Shown one piece after another: positions 16,743 through 24,049 of a stretch of 32,000 nt of DNA. The notes under the pieces are model-generated. The model saw only the letters and a list, made by a program, of their open reading frames with translations. It was not told the DNA's origin and did not search any database. This DNA comes from Nitrosopumilus maritimus SCM1 (GTDB lineage: Archaea; Thermoproteota; Nitrososphaeria; Nitrososphaerales; Nitrosopumilaceae). The stretch lies in assembly GCF_000018465.1 (NCBI RefSeq), contig NC_010085.1, positions 600,001-632,000 on the forward strand, given 5' to 3'. A program made the position numbers and the translations under genes. The stretch's first letter is position 1. Every line of letters starts with the position of its first letter.

Positions 16743-17561
16743 TTATCTTTCTAACTCTTTGATTTTCTCAGCTGCAATCTCTGCTGCTCTCTTTCCAGAG
16801 TATAACATTGAACCAAATGTTGGTCCCATTCTTGCTAATCCGTGAGTTTCTGTGACTGACATTCCTGCTGCGATTAGTCCTGGGTAAATTTCACCTGTTT
16901 TGTGAACAACATGTTCTTCACCGTCATTTACAAACATTGGTTCCATTCCTTTCCACTCGGCTAAACCTCTGTCGACTAGTCTTTTTACTGCAACAGAATC
17001 GTGTCCTGATGCATCGATGATTATTTTTGCTTCAAATGCAACTGGATCAACACATGTAATGTTACGTGGTAATGCTGAAACTGGCATCCAGTTAACAACA
17101 ATTCCTGCAACTCTTCCGTTCTTTAGAACCAAGTCATCAAACTTTGTTAGTTGTAAGAATTTTACACCTGCATCACATGCACCTGCAATTAATTTTGAAA
17201 CTGCATGTGGACCTGGTGTCAAATACAAACCATCTTGTACTTTTTGATATGGAACACCTAATTCGTCCCAAATTTTTTGTGCAGGTTCTCTAACTGTAAC
17301 TGGGTTCATCATATAACCCCCTAACCAATATCCTCCCCCTAGGTAGTTGTTTTGTTCAATAACTAAAACTTTGAAACCCAAGTTTGAAAGTTCTCTACTT
17401 GCAGTAAGTCCTGCTGGACCTGCACCGATAATGATTACATCTGACTCTGCTCTATCAACTAGAACTTTGTGAAATTCATTTGCTATTGCTTGTGTAATTT
17501 CAACTTCACGTACGTCAGTAAATATTTTTGATGATTGTTCTGCTACAGTTGCTTCTTGCAT
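16743..17561 (-). CDS. thi4: Thiamine thiazole synthase, Thi4 family (Cys-type)
   Basis: 272 aa. Contains 'DVIIIGAGPAGLTA', 'LGGGYWLGG', 'IIDASGHD' and 'LARMGPTFGSMLYSGKRAAE'. 'NITCVDP' places Cys170 (codon 17052-17054) at the position of yeast THI4 Cys205 ('QCCMDP'). Confidence 0.9.
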   Translation of the reverse strand: MQEATVAEQSSKIFTDVREVEITQAIANEFHKVLVDRAESDVIIIGAGPAGLTASRELSNLGFKVLVIEQNNYLGGGYWLGGYMMNPVTVREPAQKIWDELGVPYQKVQDGLYLTPGPHAVSKLIAGACDAGVKFLQLTKFDDLVLKNGRVAGIVVNWMPVSALPRNITCVDPVAFEAKIIIDASGHDSVAVKRLVDRGLAEWKGMEPMFVNDGEEHVVHKTGEIYPGLIAAGMSVTETHGLARMGPTFGSMLYSGKRAAEIAAEKIKELER

Positions 17562-17714
17562 GGAAAATTTCTTGTCTAGAACCCATTAATACTTTGCCAC
17601 CTCAAAAATTAGGATATACTAATTATTCTATATCTGTAAAACGAATCTTTCCTGAAAATATAGGAAATATTGAGTCAGCCTTGAAAGTTTGAGTCCCAAA
17701 ACCTCCATTTCTCA

Positions 17715-17727
17715 AAAATTTATATCC
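17715..17727 (+). promoter_or_regulatory. TATA-like element upstream of sir
   Basis: 'aaaatttatatcc' is centred about 28 nt upstream of the annotated start at 17751, consistent with a very short or absent leader. This is weak evidence in an AT-rich genome. Confidence 0.3.
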
Positions 17728-17750
17728 AAACAAAAAGGAATTTTGTTGTA

Positions 17751-19559
17751 TTGACAGTATCTGATCTTAAACAATCTCCAGCTGATTCTCCTAAACATAA
17801 AATCAATTGGGCAAGAATTGAAGAGGCTGATAATTTTGCAAAAACTGTAAAATTATTCCGTCAGGGAAAATACGATGAAGATAGTTTTAGACGATTTAGA
17901 CTCCAACATGGCGCATATGGTACTAGAATGACTAATGACTATGCTATGGTTAGAATTAAACTCCCTGCAGGTGAAATTTACCCTCATCAAATTGAAAAAT
18001 TATCTCAATTAAGTGAACAGTATTCTATTGGAAGTGCACATATCACAACCAGAGAAAGTGTTCAATTACACTGGGTAATTCTTGAAGATGTATCTGAAAT
18101 TCTCCGTGGTCTTGCTGATGTAGGAATGACATCAAGAGAGGCATGTGGAAATAGTGTAAGAAATGTAATGTGTAGTCCTATGACCGGTGTTTGTCCAAAT
18201 GAGGAATTTGATTCAACTCCATATGCACGTGCTACTGCAAAATTCTTTTTGAGAAACCCTATGAGTCAAAATCTTCCTCGTAAATTCAAATTCACTTTTA
18301 CATGTTGTGAGAAACATGGAATGGTAAGAATAGTTGATGTTGGGTTAATTCCTCAGATAAGAGAAATAGATGGAACTAAACAAAAGGGATTCAAAATATT
18401 TCTTGGTGGTGGATTAGGAAACAGATCATTTGTTGGACATCAATTAGAAGACTTTACTCCTGAAGAAGATTTACTTTACACCTCAATTGCTGTAGTGAAA
18501 ATATTTGATAGACTTGGTGATAGAAAAAATCTTGCAAGAAATAGAATGCGTTATCTTGTAAATGATATGGGTTGGGAAAAATTCCAAAATCTTGTATTAA
18601 AAGAAAGAGCTGTAGTAAGAGCCACTCAATCTGTAATTACACAACTTGATGTTGATCACACTCCTGATGAAATTAAACGCCCAATCAGAGTAAGTGACGA
18701 GAGTGGAACTGGAACTCCTGATGGCTATGCAAGATGGCTAAAAACTAACACTGAAACACAAAAACAATCTGATTATAGAACTGCATACATCACACTTGAA
18801 GCTGGAGATATTACGTCAAGTCAATTACAAGCATTAGCAGATATTATTCGTGACTTTTCTGCAGAAGGTAAGGCTCGTGCTGGCTTTGTACAAAATATTG
18901 CATTACGTTACGTTCATGAAGATGATTTGCCCCGTTTGTATTCTAAACTGCTTGAAATCGGTCTTGCAAAATCAGGTGCCCTTACCATGACTGCTCCTAT
19001 TGGATGTTCTGGCACAACTTCATGTAATTTGGCATTAACAAATTCACATAGACTGGCTAAAGAAATCCAAAGAAAATTCTTGGAACTAAAACTTGATGAA
19101 GATGATGACTTGCGTGATGCTTCTATCAAAATTAGTGGATGTCCAAACTCTTGTGGTCAACATGGAATTGCAACTATAGGATTCTTTGGCGGTGGTGCAC
19201 GTCTTGGAAAAGACATGTATGCAAATTATCAGATGTTGTTAGGTGGACGTTCTGATGGTGATGCAATGCTGGGACAAATCTGTCACAGAGTTCCTGCAAA
19301 AAGAGTGCTTCCTGTAATTTTGAAAATCATAGAGTTGTTTAAAGAACACAAGAAACCAGATGACACTCTAAAGTCTTGGATTCATAGAGTTGCTACAAAC
19401 ACTGAGGATTCTGAAATTAAAACCCTCAATGACATCAAAAAAGCAATTGACCCATTAACAATTCCTCCAACAAAAGAAGAGGATCCTGATTTCTATCTTG
19501 ATTATGGCAGCGACACTAGTTACCATACTAAAACTGGAAAAGGTGAGTGTGCTGCTTGA
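17751..19559 (+). CDS. sir: Ferredoxin-type sulfite (or nitrite) reductase hemoprotein, siroheme/[4Fe-4S]
   Basis: 602 aa. It has two NIR_SIR ferredoxin-like halves ('FRLQHGAYGTR', 'SREACGNSVRNVMC') and the cluster motif 'SGCPNSCGQHGIA'. The track start is TTG. Confidence 0.85.
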   Translation: MTVSDLKQSPADSPKHKINWARIEEADNFAKTVKLFRQGKYDEDSFRRFRLQHGAYGTRMTNDYAMVRIKLPAGEIYPHQIEKLSQLSEQYSIGSAHITTRESVQLHWVILEDVSEILRGLADVGMTSREACGNSVRNVMCSPMTGVCPNEEFDSTPYARATAKFFLRNPMSQNLPRKFKFTFTCCEKHGMVRIVDVGLIPQIREIDGTKQKGFKIFLGGGLGNRSFVGHQLEDFTPEEDLLYTSIAVVKIFDRLGDRKNLARNRMRYLVNDMGWEKFQNLVLKERAVVRATQSVITQLDVDHTPDEIKRPIRVSDESGTGTPDGYARWLKTNTETQKQSDYRTAYITLEAGDITSSQLQALADIIRDFSAEGKARAGFVQNIALRYVHEDDLPRLYSKLLEIGLAKSGALTMTAPIGCSGTTSCNLALTNSHRLAKEIQRKFLELKLDEDDDLRDASIKISGCPNSCGQHGIATIGFFGGGARLGKDMYANYQMLLGGRSDGDAMLGQICHRVPAKRVLPVILKIIELFKEHKKPDDTLKSWIHRVATNTEDSEIKTLNDIKKAIDPLTIPPTKEEDPDFYLDYGSDTSYHTKTGKGECAA

Positions 19560-20353
19560 CAGAATCTGGTAACATCACAACGGATGTAGATTCTTTACGT
19601 TCAGAGATAAGAGACAAAAGTGTTAGAGTAATTGATGTAAGGCGAGAAGATGATTACAAAAAGGATCATATTTCTACTGCAGTAAATCTACCTTTAGCAA
19701 ATCTTTTGTCTGATGATAGTCCTGAACGTGTTGTAAAATTAGTAAACTCAATGGGAATTGATGATGAAACTCGTGTTGTAGTTTATGATGATACCTTTGG
19801 AGCATTAGCATCTAGAGTTGCATGGACTTTGGAATACCTTGGACATTCAGATGTAAGTTTGCTTGAAACTACCTATAGTAACTGGAAATCCCTTGGTTTA
19901 GAAAGCGATTCTGACACACCTGATATTCAAAGTAAAGAACATTCTATGAATCTTCAATCTGATATTTTGGCTACTTCTGATTATTTGGAATCTGCAAAAG
20001 AACGTGATGATGTTATTCTAATTGATAATAGGGAGAGATTGAACTTCCTTGAACAACACATTCCTGGTGCAATTAGTCTTCCATACAGAACACTTGCATC
20101 AAATGACAAAATCTTACGTCCAAAAGAGGACATGAAACGCTTACTCGATAATCGTGGTGTATCTGGAAATACTGAAATCATTACTTATTGTGGAAGTGTA
20201 GGAACTCTTTCTGGATTGGCATATTATGCACTCAAAACTGCAGGCTTGCCAAACGCAAAACTATACGTTCGTTCTTTCAAAGAATGGAAAAATCTTCAAA
20301 AACCTACTGCAAAACAAGAAGATGCAAACTATTGGGACCTATCTGCTGAATAG
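19547..20353 (+). CDS. Tandem-rhodanese sulfurtransferase (thiosulfate/3-mercaptopyruvate type)
   Basis: 268 aa with two rhodanese domains. The active-site loop 'ITYCGSVGTLSG' resembles the MST-type C-G-S-G-V-T loop. The GTG start overlaps the end of sir by 13 nt, and the start is uncertain. Confidence 0.8.
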   Translation: MCCLTESGNITTDVDSLRSEIRDKSVRVIDVRREDDYKKDHISTAVNLPLANLLSDDSPERVVKLVNSMGIDDETRVVVYDDTFGALASRVAWTLEYLGHSDVSLLETTYSNWKSLGLESDSDTPDIQSKEHSMNLQSDILATSDYLESAKERDDVILIDNRERLNFLEQHIPGAISLPYRTLASNDKILRPKEDMKRLLDNRGVSGNTEIITYCGSVGTLSGLAYYALKTAGLPNAKLYVRSFKEWKNLQKPTAKQEDANYWDLSAE

Positions 20354-21481
20354 TTAAGAAATTTCGTTTCTAAGTTTTTTGGTAATTGTAACTTCAATGT
20401 TATCAAATACTACTAACATCTTTTCTTTATTCTCTTCAAAGTAATCGTTTCCTCTATCTTTTAGTCTAATTTTCCATAATCTGATTTCTCTATGTTCATC
20501 AAAGAAATTTTCAATCATGTGTTCGCCTGATTTTTTTGGATCAATAAATTCTTCAAATATCTCTATTGCCTTTTCTGCATTTTCTTCTTCAATTGCCTCT
20601 TTTGCAATTTGAATTGCTTGACTCAATTCTTTTAGATTCTTTACTGGCTTTGGTAACTTCTTTCTTGTAATTCCAAACAATCCTTTCTTCTCTTTGCCCA
20701 TTTTCTCTGCAACATTTGGTGCAAGATCATAGACTGGAATTCTACTTAGACCGTCTCTCTTTTCGTTTTTAACAATCAATCCTTTCTCTAATAATTTTCT
20801 TAATGCATCTTCTGCATCTTTCTTATCTAGAAATGTTGTCCATACTATTGAACCAATTGTGTGATACCCTTGTCTAACTGATTCTAAAACAACTACTTCT
20901 TGAATTCTTTTGAATCCTTCTTCAACTCTGACATTAACAAAATCTTTATCTCTAATTGATTTTCTTGCATTCTTTACATCAATTTCAATTGAACGTTTCA
21001 ATGATTCCAATGATTCTGGAACTTGATTTAGTAATGATAAGAAACATGCCTTGTTGTACCAAGCCATTCCGTATGTTGGATCAGTTTCAATTGCTTTTTC
21101 AACTGAGTCAAGAGCTTTAGAATAATTTTTTTGCTCATAATGTACTAATCCCTTTAGATTCCAAGCCTCTGGATTTGTAACATCAATGTCTAAAATTTTA
21201 TCATATACTCTTAGTGCTTCGTGATGATCATCAAGATGGAACCTTGCATAACCTAATTTCAGTAATGTTTCAACGTTATCTGGATCTATTCTTAGTGCTT
21301 GCTCAAAAACTGTAATGGCCTCTTCGAGTTTTTCATCTGCCATGAGATTAACTCCTTTCTTAAAGAGTCTCTTTCGATTGTAATCAACATCTACTAATGA
21401 TGTCTCTTTGGACACTTTCTCTACTTTAGGTTCTTCTTCTTTTTCCTCTGATTTTTTTCCGAAAGGTTTCTTCACTAGCAC
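20354..21481 (-). CDS. TPR-repeat protein with uncharacterised C-terminal half
   Basis: 375 aa. At least four 34-aa TPR units span res ~50-190 ('EEAITVFEQALRIDPDN', 'HEALRVYDKILDIDVTN', 'PEAWNLKG...YSKALDSVEKAIETDP', 'GMAWYNKA'). It has a GTG start, and its stop abuts the rhodanese stop. Confidence 0.7.
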   Translation of the reverse strand: MLVKKPFGKKSEEKEEEPKVEKVSKETSLVDVDYNRKRLFKKGVNLMADEKLEEAITVFEQALRIDPDNVETLLKLGYARFHLDDHHEALRVYDKILDIDVTNPEAWNLKGLVHYEQKNYSKALDSVEKAIETDPTYGMAWYNKACFLSLLNQVPESLESLKRSIEIDVKNARKSIRDKDFVNVRVEEGFKRIQEVVVLESVRQGYHTIGSIVWTTFLDKKDAEDALRKLLEKGLIVKNEKRDGLSRIPVYDLAPNVAEKMGKEKKGLFGITRKKLPKPVKNLKELSQAIQIAKEAIEEENAEKAIEIFEEFIDPKKSGEHMIENFFDEHREIRLWKIRLKDRGNDYFEENKEKMLVVFDNIEVTITKKLRNEIS

Positions 21482-21595
21482 AAAATGCTGTTTTATCTAG
21501 ATAAATACTATCCTTCGTGAGCCTAAAAAATAATTCAATTCCTACTCTAATCATGCGATCTAAATACAGAAATACTTGAAGTATAAACAATCGTT

Positions 21596-23224
21596 GTGTC
21601 GTCTCAATCTAGATTAGAAATCCAAGGTCAGGCACCATTCAAGCAATCTGGCGTCTATGAGGCTCAAATTGCAATCGTTGGCAGCCGACCTTCTGATGCA
21701 CAAATTAAATCTAAACAATTCACATCTCTTTGGCGTGGAAATTTCCATCTACGAGTTAAAGATGGAGTATTTTCTGAAACAATTGGTTCTCCTGAAAACC
21801 CAATTCCATCATCTGTCTTAGAATTAGAAACAATTTGGATAGTTGTAACTGATCTGTTTTCATCACTACATTCTGTATTTGATGTCCCATTATCAAAACC
21901 AAAATCTTCCCCAAAACCTCCTGAATCAAAACCTTCTGAAACTAAATCAAATCTTGAAACTCCAAAACAAACACGTTCAACAAAATCAACTCAAAGCACT
22001 CCTGGCGTACGAGGTAGCCCTGGTGAAAAAGGCGCACCTGGATTACAAGGTCCAACTGGTGACAAAGGTCCACAAGGTCCTCCCGGCCCAACTGGTCCTC
22101 CCGGTGACAAAGGTCCTGACGGTCCACAAGGTCCTCCCGGTGACAAAGGTCCAACTGGTGACAAAGGCCCTGCAGGTGACAAAGGTATTGCTGGAGATAA
22201 AGGAATTACTGGTGACAAAGGAATTACTGGAGATAAAGGTGATAAAGGTGACAAAGGAATTCCTGGTCCCGTTGGTGATAAAGGTGACAAAGGAGCAACT
22301 GGTCCAATCGGAGAAAAAGGTCCAACTGGATTAAAAGGCCCAATCGGTGAAAAAGGAGAAAAAGGTCCAACTGGTCCTCCCGGCGACAAAGGATTATCTG
22401 GATTAAAAGGTCCTCCCGGTGAAAAAGGAGAAAAAGGTCCAACTGGTCCTCCCGGCGATAAAGGTTTAACTGGTCCTGTCGGAACTCCTGGAGAAAAAGG
22501 TCCAACCGGACAAGCAGGAGTTCAAGGAGAAAAAGGAATTCAAGGTGGTCCTGGTCCAATCGGAGAAAAAGGTCCAGCAGGTCCAGTTGGTGACAAAGGT
22601 CCAATCGGTCCAGCAGGTCCTCTTGGCGACAAAGGATTATCTGGTCCAACCGGAGTTCCTGGTGACAAAGGTCCAATCGGTCCTCCTGGTCCAATCGGAG
22701 AAAAAGGTCCTAAAGGAACTGAAGGTCCAATCGGAGAAAAAGGTCCACAAGGTCCACAAGGTCCAGCTGGTGCTAAAGGATTAACAGGCGTTCCTGGTCC
22801 ACAAGGTGAAAAAGGAGAAAAAGGTCCAACAGGTCCGCCCGGAGAAAAAGGATTAACAGGTCCAGCAGGTCCACCTGGAGAAATTGGTACAGTTGGTCCA
22901 CAAGGTTCTCAAGGAGAACGCGGTCCAACAGGTCCATCAGGAGAAAAAGGTCCACAAGGTCCACAAGGAATTCAAGGTCCGCAAGGAGAACGCGGCCCAA
23001 CTGGTCCAATCGGTTCTATTGGTGAAGCAGGTCCTCGTGGAGAACAAGGCCCATTAGGTCCAGCAGGACCAAGAGGTCCACCCGGTCCACCAGGCGAAAA
23101 AGGTCCATCAGGTGGAATGTCTTCTGAACAAAAAGCATTGTTCAAAGAATTGCTAGAAATACTAACTGAGAAAAATATCATTAGCACTGAAGAACAAATC
23201 AAACTAATGAGTTATCTTTACTAG
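21596..23224 (+). CDS. Collagen-like (Gly-X-Y triple-helix repeat) protein
   Basis: 542 aa with a GTG start. It comprises a ~100-aa N-terminal domain, an S/T/P/K-rich linker, 123 uninterrupted G-X-Y triplets (hand count) and a 36-aa helical tail, '[37 protein letters not shown]'. No signal peptide or TM segment was seen. Confidence 0.85.
   Translation: MSSQSRLEIQGQAPFKQSGVYEAQIAIVGSRPSDAQIKSKQFTSLWRGNFHLRVKDGVFSETIGSPENPIPSSVLELETIWIVVTDLFSSLHSVFDVPLSKPKSSPKPPESKPSETKSNLETPKQTRSTKSTQSTPGVRGSPGEKGAPGLQGPTGDKGPQGPPGPTGPPGDKGPDGPQGPPGDKGPTGDKGPAGDKGIAGDKGITGDKGITGDKGDKGDKGIPGPVGDKGDKGATGPIGEKGPTGLKGPIGEKGEKGPTGPPGDKGLSGLKGPPGEKGEKGPTGPPGDKGLTGPVGTPGEKGPTGQAGVQGEKGIQGGPGPIGEKGPAGPVGDKGPIGPAGPLGDKGLSGPTGVPGDKGPIGPPGPIGEKGPKGTEGPIGEKGPQGPQGPAGAKGLTGVPGPQGEKGEKGPTGPPGEKGLTGPAGPPGEIGTVGPQGSQGERGPTGPSGEKGPQGPQGIQGPQGERGPTGPIGSIGEAGPRGEQGPLGPAGPRGPPGPPGEKGPSGGMSSEQKALFKELLEILTEKNIISTEEQIKLMSYLY
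22004..23110 (+). repeat. Coding 9-nt (G-X-Y) periodic repeat region, 123 triplets
   Basis: Runs from 'GVRGSPGEK' to 'GEKGPS' with Gly at every third residue and no interruption. It includes an exact 41-nt repeat at 22346-22386 and 22418-22458 ([14 protein letters not shown]). The region leaves many alternative and antisense frames open. Confidence 0.9.
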
Positions 23225-23267
23225 TTTTTTAAAATAATTTTTTAAAAATTTTTCTTACAAATTTTTT
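23225..23267 (+). terminator. Cluster of oligo-T tracts (archaeal-type terminator) after the collagen-like gene
   Basis: T6 at 23225-23230 immediately follows the TAG stop. Further tracts are T6 at 23238-23243, T5 at 23249-23253 and T6 at 23262-23267. Confidence 0.5.
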
Positions 23268-23320
23268 ATTCAAAAATATTTTCGAATAGTTTTCACTAAT
23301 CTGTTTTAGAAAAATGGAAA

Positions 23321-23343
23321 ACAATTCGTCTTGTGACGATTGT
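23321..23343 (-). terminator. Imperfect hairpin plus T-runs downstream of the basic repeat protein gene
   Basis: 'acaattcgtc ttgt gacgattgt' forms a 9-10 bp stem with one bulge and a 4-nt loop. On the minus strand it is followed by 'ttgttttccatttttct'. Confidence 0.3.
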
Positions 23344-23359
23344 TAATTTGTTGACGAGT

Positions 23360-23740
23360 TTATCTTCGTCTTTTTGCTGCTTTTCTCTTTGGAGCGGCTT
23401 TGCGTTTTGCTGCTGCCTTTCTCTTTGGAGCTGCTTTTTTAGCTGCAGTCTTTCTTTTTGCTGCTTTTCTCTTTGGAGCGGCTTTGCGTTTTGCTGCTGC
23501 CTTTCTCTTTGGAGCTGCTTTTTTAGCTGCAGTCTTTCTTTTTGCTGCTTTTCTCTTTGGAGCGGCTTTGCGTTTTGCTGCTGCCTTTCTCTTTGGAGCT
23601 GATTTTTTAGCTGCAGTCTTTCTTTTAGCGGCCTTTCTCTTTGGAGCTGCTTTTCTCTTTGGAGCTGCTTTGCGTTTTGCTGCTGCTTTTCTCTTTGGAG
23701 CTGCTTTTCTCTTTGGAGCGGCTTTTCGTTTAGCTGCCAT
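23360..23740 (-). CDS. Extremely basic Ala/Lys/Arg/Pro repeat protein (histone H1 C-terminal-tail-like / AlgP-like low-complexity polycation)
   Basis: 126 aa, 'MAAKRKAAPKRKAAPKRKAAAKRK...KRRR', built of 6-aa PKRKAA-type units organised into three 28-aa units. This frame was chosen over the overlapping 154-aa frame because its third codon positions are mostly A/T, matching the rest of the window, against roughly half G/C in the other frame. Confidence 0.6.
   Translation of the reverse strand: MAAKRKAAPKRKAAPKRKAAAKRKAAPKRKAAPKRKAAKRKTAAKKSAPKRKAAAKRKAAPKRKAAKRKTAAKKAAPKRKAAAKRKAAPKRKAAKRKTAAKKAAPKRKAAAKRKAAPKRKAAKRRR
23377..23628. repeat. Tandem 84-bp repeat x3 (two copies identical)
   Basis: 23377-23460 and 23461-23544 are identical base for base. 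23545-23628 differs at a few positions (e.g. 'gctgat' for 'gctgct', and its 3' end). The repeat lies inside the basic protein CDS, and 84 bp equals 28 codons. Confidence 0.9.
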
Positions 23741-23856
23741 GGTTTGATCGACATTTTCATTCTTTTTCAGTGGTTAAACTAAAGAAATTTACACAAAGTG
23801 ATTACAATTTCTCAAGTAATTTTTTTCACAAAAAATTAATTTTGATCGTAAATTTT

Positions 23857-24033
23857 TCAATAAACTCCTTCAGCAGACGGTCTTCTACCTTGCAACCAAC
23901 TTGTTTTTCCACAAATTGTACATTTGTACTTTCTTCTACGCTTGTATGTTGCCATTTCAGGTAAGAAAATTAGTTCTTGTTTTGTTTTTGTCATGCAAAA
24001 TTTACACCAACGATGTTCAAAATCTTGATCCAT
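23857..24033 (-). CDS. Small zinc-ribbon protein (58 aa), not in the ORF track
   Basis: Hand translation gives MDQDFEHRWCKFCMTKTKQELIFLPEMATYKRRRKYKCTICGKTSWLQGRRPSAEGVY*, running from ATG 24033-24031 to TGA 23859-23857. CxxC pairs sit at res 10-13 and 38-41. It starts 16 nt downstream of the DRG GTPase stop on the same strand. Confidence 0.5.
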   Translation of the reverse strand: MDQDFEHRWCKFCMTKTKQELIFLPEMATYKRRRKYKCTICGKTSWLQGRRPSAEGVY

Positions 24034-24049
24034 GTTTACACTTTTTTAA

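Noticed and set aside
17562-17750. A possible TPP riboswitch upstream of thi4.
   Set aside because: I could not find the conserved CUGAGA / ACCUGAUCUGGAUAAUGCCAGCG-like cores on either strand, and the spacer is mostly AT-rich promoter-like sequence.
21879-23202. Seven additional track ORFs lie in alternative and antisense frames across the collagen-like repeat: 21879-22334, 21942-22154, 21991-22389, 22224-22694, 22545-22784, 22773-23009 and 22972-23202.
   Set aside because: They are artefacts of the stop-free 9-nt periodic GGN-CCN-rich repeat. Their products are low-complexity L/V/Q/D or antisense 'PGG' strings. Only the + strand frame beginning at 21596 has flanking non-repeat domains and host-like third-position bias.
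22004-23628. A possible CRISPR array or mobile-element repeats, considered because of strong DNA periodicity.
   Set aside because: The periodicities (9 nt and 18/84 nt) are in-frame coding repeats with no unique spacers. No cas, transposase or integrase genes and no terminal inverted repeats are present in the window.
23296-23760. A 154-aa Q/E/K/L-rich minus-strand ORF and two plus-strand F/L/A/C-rich ORFs (23333-23602 and 23400-23747) overlap the basic repeat gene.
   Set aside because: They cover the same stop-free tandem repeat. Third codon positions in the 154-aa frame are roughly half G/C, unlike the rest of the window. The plus-strand products are implausible poly-Phe/Leu/Cys strings. 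I kept this as an explicit uncertainty in the finding.
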